From: an uncultured beta proteobacterium | GTDB lineage: Bacteria; Pseudomonadota; Gammaproteobacteria; Burkholderiales; SG8-39 | Assembly: GCA_903859155.1 (NCBI GenBank) | Contig: CAIOLO010000107.1 | Span: 3,177-67,176, forward strand | Length of the DNA stretch: 64,000 nucleotides | Direction of reading: 5' to 3' | Shown here: positions 35,727-43,773 of the stretch, piece after piece | Layout: every line of letters starts with the position of its first letter | How positions within the stretch are numbered: position 1 is the stretch's first letter | Position numbers and translations under genes: made by a program | Notes under the pieces: generated by a model | What the model was told of the DNA's origin: nothing | Databases searched by the model: none | The model's input: only the letters and a program-made list of their open reading frames with translations

Positions 35727-37298
35727 CTAACGCCCGGTGCGGGCGAGCGAGATAACCCAGCCTGCCATGCGCGCCTTCATCTTGTCGATGTCCTTGGCGT
35801 TGAAAAACGCCTCGGGCTTGACGCGGTCCACCGGATAGACGGGGCGGTGGAAATCGTTCTCGTAGCCGAAGGGCACCGTCGCATCGATGCCCATGCCGCC
35901 TTCGAACATGGTGTTGGAGGCCGTCCACTGCTTGTCCCCCGAGGTCATGCGCTCGGCCGGCATGAAGGTCTGGCCGCGGCCGCCGGGGATCGGGTTGAGG
36001 ATGTCCGATCGCGGATTCACGCGCGTCGTCAGGCACCACATGATGTCGTCCATGGAGTAGATGTCGACATCCATGCTGACGGCGATTGCCAGGCGCATGC
36101 CCTGCGAACAGGAGAGTATGGCCGAGAGGAAATTGCGCTGCCAGCCTTCTTCGATCTGGTTGCGCTTTTTCACCTGGATGATGCATCCGCCCCAGTCGGT
36201 CATGCAATAGGGGATGTGGACGTTCTGGATGATGCCCGGCTGCAGTCGCTCGCACAGGGCGTAGATGGCCGATTCGCGCACCGAGGTGTCGATGTTGGAA
36301 TCGTCCATGGTGTGCACGCCCAGCGGAAAGATGATCGGCTTGGTCTCTTTCTTGCGCATGGTGATGGCGGTGACGTGGAAGGTCGGCGCCTTGTAGGCCT
36401 TGCCCATGTATCCGGCCCACTCGGGATGGAAGTGGAAGCGGCCCTGCACGTCGGCCTTTTCCGACTCGGCGGTTTCATAGCGCTTGTCGCGCGGGTGCAG
36501 GTAGCCCTCCAGCACGTATTCGGCGTCGGCCAGCGTATAGGCATCGATGGTGCGGCATTTCACCAGCCGTACAGGGGAGTTCTGGATCGCGCCGGCAATG
36601 CCGATCTCGTCACAGCCTTTGGGCAGGATGGCGTAATCGAATCCCGAACCCGCCACGAAGGTGCACGAAGGCGGCACGCCGAAACACATGGTGAGCGGAA
36701 TCGGCTGCTCGTCCTTGTAGTGCTCGGTCATCACCTGCCACATGTGCGAGCCGGGCGAGATCTGGAATGTGCCGACATTGCCCCAGCGGAAATTCATGCG
36801 GTTGTAGCCGATGTGGCTGCCGCCGTCGAAATAGGGCCCGACCACGCAGGAAATTCCGGAGCCGATGGTCAGCTCGGATTCCAGGTGTGTATGGCGGATC
36901 GCGGTGATCCACTTGTTGACGTCCAGGTCATCGGTTATGACCAGTTCCTGTACCGGCGCCTCCTCCTGGGAGATGGTCACCGGTTTGATGGGGCGTTCGA
37001 TCGCGCGCGCGACCTTCTTCACGCGATCCAGCGAATTTTCCCATCCGAACATTTTCTCGATGATACGGATGTCGCCGAACAGGTTGGTGATGGCACGCGC
37101 GTAGGGCTTGCCCTTCACCTTGTTGAACAGCATCGGAAGACTGCCGTCGAAGTGTTTCTGCAGACCGGTGATTTCGAGGTCGGGATCGACTTCCTTGTCG
37201 GTTTCGACCAGCAGGCCTTCGGCCCGGAGCCAGTCCACTGCTTTGGGAAGGCTGCTGACATCGGGTCTTGCTGCAGCAGTTTTGGCGGGTTCGTTCAT
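35727..37298 (-). CDS. divergent UbiD-family (de)carboxylase paralog 3
   Basis: 523 aa. The overall UbiD architecture is present (AVDWLRAEGLLVETDKEVDP, C-terminal TTRVNPRSD). The canonical EGPFGE loop, however, reads QGRFHFHPEWAGYMG. Confidence 0.7.
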   Translation of the reverse strand: MNEPAKTAAARPDVSSLPKAVDWLRAEGLLVETDKEVDPDLEITGLQKHFDGSLPMLFNKVKGKPYARAITNLFGDIRIIEKMFGWENSLDRVKKVARAIERPIKPVTISQEEAPVQELVITDDLDVNKWITAIRHTHLESELTIGSGISCVVGPYFDGGSHIGYNRMNFRWGNVGTFQISPGSHMWQVMTEHYKDEQPIPLTMCFGVPPSCTFVAGSGFDYAILPKGCDEIGIAGAIQNSPVRLVKCRTIDAYTLADAEYVLEGYLHPRDKRYETAESEKADVQGRFHFHPEWAGYMGKAYKAPTFHVTAITMRKKETKPIIFPLGVHTMDDSNIDTSVRESAIYALCERLQPGIIQNVHIPYCMTDWGGCIIQVKKRNQIEEGWQRNFLSAILSCSQGMRLAIAVSMDVDIYSMDDIMWCLTTRVNPRSDILNPIPGGRGQTFMPAERMTSGDKQWTASNTMFEGGMGIDATVPFGYENDFHRPVYPVDRVKPEAFFNAKDIDKMKARMAGWVISLARTGR

Positions 37299-37338
37299 GG
37301 CCTTTCCTTTCGGGATTGAACAGCGGTTTGTGAATGCC

Positions 37339-38157
37339 TCATGGCTGATGCATGTTTCTTACGGCTTTTTCAGACAAGGCAATTTCCTCGCGCAGGACCG
37401 AGACGATCTCGCTCCTGCGGGTTTCGGTCATCCGGCTGATGATGGCCCCGACGGTGATCGAGGCGAAGGGGTGTCCGTAGCGGTTGATGATGGGCAGGCC
37501 CAGCGTGGCCGCACCGTCGGCAAGGTGGGCGTCGTTCCAGGCGTAGCGCAGGGCGCGCGAATGCTCCAGCGCTTCGAGCAGTGCCGGCACAGTGAGGTTG
37601 TAGTAGCCGACCAGGCGGGTCGCATTGGCACGCACGATTTCCTGGATCGCCTCGTCGGGCAGGGGCATCAACATGGCGATTCCGCTCGCACCCGCACCCA
37701 GCGGGCGGCGCTCGCCCACGTCCAGCGTGAAGGTCTTGATCGGGAACGAGCCTTCCTTGCGGTCGATGCAGACCGAATCGTGGCCGCTGCGCACCGACAG
37801 GAATACCGTGTCGCCGGTCTTCTCGGCCAGGCGCTGCAACGAGGGGCGGCAGATATCGCAAAGGTTGAATTGCGGTGCGGCGGCCAGGCCCAGCTCGAAC
37901 ACCAGCGGCCCGAGGCAGTACAGGCGCGAATCCGCGTCCTGGGTGAGCAGGCCCTCGGCGATCAGTCCTTTGAGGATGCGGTGCGCCGTGGGCCGTTGCA
38001 GGCCGGAGAATTTCACCACGTCGGTGAGTCGCATGCCGGGGCGATTGCGCGAGGCCACCAGGCGCACGATCGCTGCGGCGCGATGCAGAGTCTGCGTGCC
38101 GCCCGGGTGACTCCGGCTTGGTTTGGCCGGTTTTACTCTGCTGCTGGTGGCGTTCAT
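37339..38157 (-). CDS. IclR family transcriptional regulator
   Basis: 272 aa. The HTH is LHRAAAIVRLVAS..MRLTDVVKFSGLQRPTAHRILKGLIAEGLL, followed by an IclR effector domain. It is divergent from UbiD paralog 4. Confidence 0.85.
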   Translation of the reverse strand: MNATSSRVKPAKPSRSHPGGTQTLHRAAAIVRLVASRNRPGMRLTDVVKFSGLQRPTAHRILKGLIAEGLLTQDADSRLYCLGPLVFELGLAAAPQFNLCDICRPSLQRLAEKTGDTVFLSVRSGHDSVCIDRKEGSFPIKTFTLDVGERRPLGAGASGIAMLMPLPDEAIQEIVRANATRLVGYYNLTVPALLEALEHSRALRYAWNDAHLADGAATLGLPIINRYGHPFASITVGAIISRMTETRRSEIVSVLREEIALSEKAVRNMHQP

Positions 38158-38407
38158 TACCCAATTAGTTCCACTATATGGAAGGCTTTTTGTGCCCTCT
38201 TATGAACCATCGTTCAGTGGTAATGCTAGCATGTATTCGAACTAAATGGGTCTGATTTGTCGGCGTGTGGCAGCCTTTTTTAAATTTTCATTCTGCTATA
38301 ACTCGACCATTTAGTCCATATTGCGGAAGTTTTCCCGGGTGGCTGCTGGCTTGCCCGGGCGCATCGGATCGGCGCACAGGTCCGCTTGAGTCGACTAGGA
38401 GAATTCT
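38158..38407. promoter_or_regulatory. divergent iclR / ubiD-4 promoter region with two palindromes
   Basis: An AT-rich stretch. TTCCACTATATGGAA lies at about 38169-38183 and TGAACCATCGTTCA at about 38203-38216. AGGAG sits 8 nt before the 38408 ATG. Confidence 0.45.
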
Positions 38408-39940
38408 ATGAGCGCGATCGTACGGCTCCCCGACGGTATGGGCAGTCCCATGGGTAACGTGGCCGGCGCAGCAGTACCGGCAAGCAAGGACGTCAGCTAT
38501 AACATCCCCTACGAAGACCTGCGCGGCTGGATCGCGCAAGCCGAAAAACTCGGCGAAGTCCGCCATGTCAAGGGAGCCACCTGGCAGGAGGAAATGGGCA
38601 TGGCTGCCGAGCTGGTGCAGCACGACGAAAAGGCGCCCTGCGTACTTTTCGAAGACGTGCCCGGATGCCGCAAAGGTGATCGCCTGCTGACCAATTTCTT
38701 CGGCGGCCGGCGGCAGAACATGACACTCGGGTTTCCCCTGGATTTCACCAAGCTCCAGCTCTCGGAGGCCTTCCTCGAATGCTACATGCGTGATCTGAAG
38801 CCCATCCCCCATCAGTACGTCGAAACGGGGCCGGTGATGGAGAACGTGATCACCGGCGACGCCATCGACATCACCAAATTTCCCGTGCCCAAGTGGCACG
38901 AGGGTGATGGCGGACGCTACGTCGGAACCGGCAGCTACAACATCACCATCGATCCCGAGGAAAACTGGATCAACGTGGGCACCTACCGGGTAATGATCCA
39001 TGACAAGAACACGGTCGGGTTCTACATGTCCCCGGGCAAGCACGGGCGCATCCACCGCGACAAGTACGAGGCGCGCAACGAACCGATGCCCGTGGTGGTC
39101 GTGATCGGCGGCGATCCGCTGCAGTTCCTGGTTGCGTGCAGCGAGATGCCCTACGGTGTTTGTGAACTGGACATCGCCGGCGGTCTGCGCGGCAAGGCGG
39201 TTAAAGTTGTGAAAGGCCCGGTCACCGGCCTGCCGATTCCCGCAAATGCGGAGATGGTGCTGGAGGGATTCGTGCAACCCCACAAGCGCAAGCTGGAGGG
39301 GCCTTTTGGCGAATGGACCGGTTACTACGCCAGCGACGTGCGCGAGGAGCCGGTGCTGGACATCAAGGCGATCTACCACCGCAACGACCCGATCATCCTC
39401 GGCTGCCCGCCGCAACGGCCGCCCGAGGAACAGGCGCGCTACCGCGCCGTCACCCGCTCCGCGCTGATCCGCAAGAACGTGCTGCAGGCAGGCGTACCCG
39501 ATATCACCGCGGTATGGGCCCATGAAGTGGGCGGTTCACGCCTGCTGCTGGGGGTCTCCATCAAGCAGCGTTATGCCGGCCACTCCAAACAGGCCGGACA
39601 TGTTGCCGCGATGTGCCACGCGGGCGCCTACGCGGGCAAGTACGTGATCGTGGTCGACGATGACATCGATGTGAGCAATCTGGAGGATCTCATGTGGGCG
39701 ATGTGCACCCGTTCCGATCCCGCGACCTCCATTGACATCATCCACGGCACCTGGAGCACCCCGCTCGATCCGCGCATCCCGCCCGAGGAGAAGGCAAAGG
39801 GCAACAACACCAATTCGCGCGCCATCATCGACGCCTGCCGTCCGTACCACTGGCGCGACAAATTTCCCAAGGTCAACATGCCCAGTCCCGAGCTGGCGCG
39901 CCGCACCATGGAGAAATTCGGTTATCTGCTGAAGCCGTAA
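38408..39940 (+). CDS. UbiD-family (prFMN-dependent) aromatic (de)carboxylase paralog 4
   Basis: 510 aa. Carries DLRGWIAQAEKLGEVRHVKG and the LEGPFGEWTGYYA loop, with a good RBS. Confidence 0.8.
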   Translation: MSAIVRLPDGMGSPMGNVAGAAVPASKDVSYNIPYEDLRGWIAQAEKLGEVRHVKGATWQEEMGMAAELVQHDEKAPCVLFEDVPGCRKGDRLLTNFFGGRRQNMTLGFPLDFTKLQLSEAFLECYMRDLKPIPHQYVETGPVMENVITGDAIDITKFPVPKWHEGDGGRYVGTGSYNITIDPEENWINVGTYRVMIHDKNTVGFYMSPGKHGRIHRDKYEARNEPMPVVVVIGGDPLQFLVACSEMPYGVCELDIAGGLRGKAVKVVKGPVTGLPIPANAEMVLEGFVQPHKRKLEGPFGEWTGYYASDVREEPVLDIKAIYHRNDPIILGCPPQRPPEEQARYRAVTRSALIRKNVLQAGVPDITAVWAHEVGGSRLLLGVSIKQRYAGHSKQAGHVAAMCHAGAYAGKYVIVVDDDIDVSNLEDLMWAMCTRSDPATSIDIIHGTWSTPLDPRIPPEEKAKGNNTNSRAIIDACRPYHWRDKFPKVNMPSPELARRTMEKFGYLLKP

Positions 39941-39955
39941 GCCGGACGCTGAGCG

Positions 39956-39999
39956 AAGAGAGAGGGCTCCGGGCAAGAGCCCTTCTCTGCATTTTCTTT
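39956..39999 (+). terminator. rho-independent terminator candidate after ubiD-4
   Basis: A GC-rich imperfect stem (AGAGAGGGCTC / GAGCCCTTCTCT) around the loop CGGGCAA is followed by GCATTTTCTTT. Confidence 0.55.
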
Positions 40000-40060
40000 G
40001 ACGTTCCTTGGTCGCTTGCGAGTCAAGGGTTGACATGCGAAGAGACGGGTTTGTATGCGT

Positions 40061-40108
40061 CCCGTCATTTTGTAAAGTTGCGACTTCGCAACTTTACAAA
40101 ATGACGGG
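40061..40108. repeat. 48-nt perfect palindrome between convergent genes
   Basis: CCCGTCATTTTGTAAAGTTGCGA-CT-TCGCAACTTTACAAAATGACGGG. The arms are 23 nt and perfectly complementary, and are AT-rich relative to the flanks. Confidence 0.8.
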
Positions 40109-40149
40109 AAAAGTGGACGCCAAGGCAAAGCACGCTGTTTGGTTCCTGC

Positions 40150-40923
40150 TCAGGTTTGCCAGGACTTGTACTTCGCGGCCAGTTTTTCGGTTTCGCGTGC
40201 GAGGATGGTCACATCCGATCCCACCGTGATGAACTGCGCCCCCAGGTCGACATAATGGCGGGCGCGCGCTTCGTCGTTGGTCAATATGCCCGGCGCCTTG
40301 CCGCATCGGCGGATGGTGACGATGCCCTCGTCGAGCACCTTCTGCACCTCCGGGTGGTTCATGTTGCCCATGTGCCCCATGTCGGTTGACAGGTCCCCGG
40401 GGCCGAGGAACACGCCATCCACGCCCTCGACACGGGTGATTTTCTCGAGGTTCTGTATGCCCAGACGCGTCTCCACCTGCACCAGCACGCAGATTTCGCC
40501 GGCGGCCTTTTTGGCGTAGTCCTTGATGCGCATGAAACGCGAGGCGCGGGTCGGGCCGCCGGATCCGCGCACGCCCTCAGGCGCATAGCGCGTGTAAGCC
40601 ACCGCATTCCTTGCCTCCTCTTCGGTCTGGATCATGGGGATCAGGAGCGTCTGCGCGCCCGCGTCGAGCACGCGCTTGATCGTCACCATGTCGTTCCAGG
40701 GAACGCGCACCACCGGCTGGGTATGGTTTTCCATGGTTGCGTGCAGCAGCCGCACCATCATGAACATGTCGATCGGCGCGTGTTCGGTATCGATGATCAG
40801 CCAGTCGAGGCCCGCTCCGGCCACCACCTCCATGGCGTATTCGCTGCACAGATTGCACCACACGCCCGCCTGCAGCTGGCCGGATTTCAGGGCGTGCTTG
40901 AAATGATTGACGGGCAGTTCCAT
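40150..40923 (-). CDS. HpcH/HpaI family 2-keto-3-deoxy-acid aldolase
   Basis: 257 aa. Carries LDWLIIDTEHAPID, VRVPWND and QTLLIPMIQTEEEA, the class II HpcH/HpaI aldolase pattern. Confidence 0.85.
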   Translation of the reverse strand: MELPVNHFKHALKSGQLQAGVWCNLCSEYAMEVVAGAGLDWLIIDTEHAPIDMFMMVRLLHATMENHTQPVVRVPWNDMVTIKRVLDAGAQTLLIPMIQTEEEARNAVAYTRYAPEGVRGSGGPTRASRFMRIKDYAKKAAGEICVLVQVETRLGIQNLEKITRVEGVDGVFLGPGDLSTDMGHMGNMNHPEVQKVLDEGIVTIRRCGKAPGILTNDEARARHYVDLGAQFITVGSDVTILARETEKLAAKYKSWQT

Positions 40924-41010
40924 GCGGGGTTCTCCTTGATCACGGTCTCAAAATGCAACGAGGGGATTGCTCCCCCCGCTGGTTGCTGCATCATTGGTGT
41001 CCTGCAACGG

Positions 41011-41877
41011 CTATTTTTCGTCCCTGATCGGGTTGCGAAGCACGCCGACCTTCTCGATGTCGATTTCGCAGACGTCGCCGTCTTTCATGAAAATTGGCGG
41101 CTTGCGCGCCCAACCCACTCCGGACGGTGTGCCCATCACCAGCAGGTCGCCCGGTTCCAGGGTCAGGCATTCGGTGGCCAGTTCCACCGTCTCATCCACC
41201 GGGAACAGCATGTCGCTGGTGTTGGCATCCTGCAGCACCTGGCCGTTGAGCAGGCAGCGGATCTTCAGACCGGTGCCGCCAGGGGGCAGTTCATCGGGGG
41301 TCACCATCCAGGGGCCGAAACCGCCGGTGGCATCGAAATTCTTGCCGATGGTCCATTGCGCGGTTTTGCGCTGATAGTCGCGGATGGAGCCGTCATTGAA
41401 GCAGGTGTAGCCCGCGATGTATTTCAGCGCATCGGCTTTTTTCACGTGACGAGCTTTTTTGCCGACAATGGCGCACAACTCGGCTTCGTAATCGAATTTG
41501 TCCGAAACCTTGGGGCGGATCATCGCCTCGCCATGGGCTGCGAACGATGTCGTGCAGCGCATGAAAAAGCTCGGGTAGGTCGGCTTCTGGTGTCCGCCCT
41601 CGGCGGCGTGATCGGCGTAGTTGAGCCCCAGGCAGATGATCTTCCCGGGACGCGGAATCGGCACCAGGTACTTCAGCCCGGCGAGCGGGTGCTTGTGCTC
41701 CGCTTTGGCGGACGCGGCGGCCTTTTTTGCGGCGGCCATGCCGGTATCGCCCAAGTTGATCAAAGCGAGCAGGTCGCTTGGCAGGTCCGGGGCGGCCAGT
41801 TTGAGATCGACGACCGTATCGCCCTCGACGATACCCAGACGTGCCGTTCCCTGATGTTCAAAGCTGACAATTTTCAT
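41011..41877 (-). CDS. fumarylacetoacetate hydrolase (FAH) family hydratase/decarboxylase/isomerase
   Basis: 288 aa. The C-terminal FAH domain shows KIICLGLNYADHA, DYEAELCAIVGK and GDLLVMGTPSGVG. Confidence 0.85.
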   Translation of the reverse strand: MKIVSFEHQGTARLGIVEGDTVVDLKLAAPDLPSDLLALINLGDTGMAAAKKAAASAKAEHKHPLAGLKYLVPIPRPGKIICLGLNYADHAAEGGHQKPTYPSFFMRCTTSFAAHGEAMIRPKVSDKFDYEAELCAIVGKKARHVKKADALKYIAGYTCFNDGSIRDYQRKTAQWTIGKNFDATGGFGPWMVTPDELPPGGTGLKIRCLLNGQVLQDANTSDMLFPVDETVELATECLTLEPGDLLVMGTPSGVGWARKPPIFMKDGDVCEIDIEKVGVLRNPIRDEK

Positions 41878-42008
41878 GGTTTGGAAATTTCTCTTAGGAG
41901 GTTGAGATGGATGGGGCTGTTCAGGCAGGGCGGCATTCTACCGTTCCTGTATCGGGGCGGGTTCAGCCGTTATCCGGCAGGGTGCGGGGGCCCAAAGCCG
42001 CGCGCCGG

Positions 42009-42986
42009 TTATTCCGCGCGGATGCCTTTTTCGCGGATCAGCTTGCCCCAGCGTTCGCGCTCGCGGCCCAGCGTGACGGTGAACTCCGCAGGGGTGCTGG
42101 GCAGAGGCACGGCACCGATGTCGGCAAGGCGTTTTTGCATCTCGGGCGCACGCACCGCCCGTCCGAGTTCCTCGCTCATGCGGTTGATGATCGCAACCGG
42201 GGTGCCCGCCGGCGCATGCATGCCGGAGAAAAGCAGGGCATCAAAGCTGTCGAGGCCCGCCTCCGCGATGGTCGGCACCGTGGGCATCACCGGATTGCGG
42301 CTCGAACTGACCACTGCGAGTGCGCGCAACTTGCCCTGCTGGACCTGCGAGGCCGATAGCGAAACCGAAAGGAACATGAACTGGGTCCTTCCCGCCACCA
42401 GGTCGTTCATCGCCGGTGCGCCGCCCTTGTAGGGCACATGCACCGCGTCGATGCCGGTGATGCTCTTGAACATTTCGCCGGCCAGGTGGCCCGAGGCGCC
42501 GATGCCCGCCGAGGCAAAACTCAACGAGCCCGGTTTGGCGCGCGCCAGGGCGATCAGGTCGGCCGTGGATTCGGCCGGCAGCCCGGCATACACCACCAGA
42601 GCCAGCGGAAACCGCGCCATGATCGCCACCTGCGCGAGGTCGCGCTGCGGATCGTAGTTGAGCTTTCCGTAGAGGGCCTCATTGGTGGCGATCGCTTCGC
42701 TCGCTATGAGGAAGGTGTAGCCGTCATTGGCCGAGCGGACCACCGCCTCGGCCGCCACATTGCCGCCGGCCCCGCCGCGGTTCTCAAGGAGAATCGGCTG
42801 CCCCAGGGCCTCGTTGAGGCGCGGCTGCAGCAAGCGCGCGAGCGTATCGTGCACGCCGCCAGGCGCGAAGGCGATGACAAAGCGAATCGGCTTTTCCGGC
42901 CATTTCTGCGCCAGGGACAGGCCGGGCGCAGCCAATGCGACAAAAAATGCCATGATGGTCGAGAAAAAACAACCCGTGTTTCGCAT
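42009..42986 (-). CDS. Bug-family (TctC-like) tripartite tricarboxylate transporter substrate-binding protein
   Basis: 325 aa. It has a signal peptide, then WPEKPIRFVIAFAPGGVHD and VPYKGGAPAMNDLVAG, the Bug family signature. Confidence 0.85.
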   Translation of the reverse strand: MRNTGCFFSTIMAFFVALAAPGLSLAQKWPEKPIRFVIAFAPGGVHDTLARLLQPRLNEALGQPILLENRGGAGGNVAAEAVVRSANDGYTFLIASEAIATNEALYGKLNYDPQRDLAQVAIMARFPLALVVYAGLPAESTADLIALARAKPGSLSFASAGIGASGHLAGEMFKSITGIDAVHVPYKGGAPAMNDLVAGRTQFMFLSVSLSASQVQQGKLRALAVVSSSRNPVMPTVPTIAEAGLDSFDALLFSGMHAPAGTPVAIINRMSEELGRAVRAPEMQKRLADIGAVPLPSTPAEFTVTLGRERERWGKLIREKGIRAE

Positions 42987-43210
42987 TGCTTTGGTCTCCG
43001 TTGCTGGGTGCGGTCAGGGGCATTCTCTCATGACCTCGCGCAATCGGTCGGACTGCGCCCGGTGCCCGATCGGCGCACTCAAGGCATCGAGGGCGAGCCG
43101 CAGGACGGGGCGAATTCCCGGACCATGGCGGCGAATATGGCTTTAGAATTGGCCTCGCGGAACATAAAACCTGGCAACGCCCAATCGTTGGCGTGAACCT
43201 GCGGGAGAAC

Positions 43211-43549
43211 ATGATGCGGTGGATTGCTTTGATCGGCCTGTTGCTGTCCTTCGGAATAGCGGCGGCGGAACCCGGAAAGAAAATGTACCGCTGCGGCAAT
43301 GTGTTTCAGGAGCGGCCCTGCGAAGGCCCCAAGCCCGCGGCGCCCAAGGTCGAGGCGACCAAGCAGGATGGCCCCAGCCAGGCGGCGCTCGAGTCGCGCA
43401 AGAGAATTCGCTGCGAGAACTTCGAGCGCCAGGTGACCGAGCTGGTCGGCCGCGAAAAAGCAGAGAAGAATGCGGAACTCCTCAACGGCTGGATCACCCA
43501 GCGCAAGGTCCTGGAAGAGCGCATGAAGTCGGACAATTGCCAGGGATAG
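43211..43549 (+). CDS. small secreted protein (DUF4124-like)
   Basis: I trimmed the start to MMRWIALIGLLLSFGIAAAEP (signal peptide). The mature part contains MYRCGNVFQERPCEG and a charged helical tail with two further Cys. Confidence 0.5.
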   Translation: MMRWIALIGLLLSFGIAAAEPGKKMYRCGNVFQERPCEGPKPAAPKVEATKQDGPSQAALESRKRIRCENFERQVTELVGREKAEKNAELLNGWITQRKVLEERMKSDNCQG

Positions 43550-43773
43550 TTTGAACAAGGTGGCCTTCGCCCCCTCGTAATTCCCCCGAGTCAGAGGGAA
43601 ACGCTGATTGGGTGAACGCTGGATATGATCGAACCTGGAGGCCTTGACCTCGGGTATATCCCCCAAATCAGGGGTAACACGATGGGCCAATTTTCTTGGA
43701 TTGACACTTGTTGAGTGTTTCCCTGGCATTTCCGGCACACGTTCCAGAGGCCCTGCCCTCGGAGGAGATAAAC

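Noticed and set aside
35694-39523. ORFs 35694..37319(+) of 541 aa and 38288..39523(-) of 411 aa.
   Set aside because: They are mirror ORFs of UbiD paralogs 3 and 4, with no independent evidence for coding.
39922-40229. Two small ORFs encoding near-mirror peptides (SFCKVA.SQLYKMTG).
   Set aside because: Both are generated by reading the 48-nt perfect palindrome on opposite strands, so they are artefacts of the DNA symmetry.
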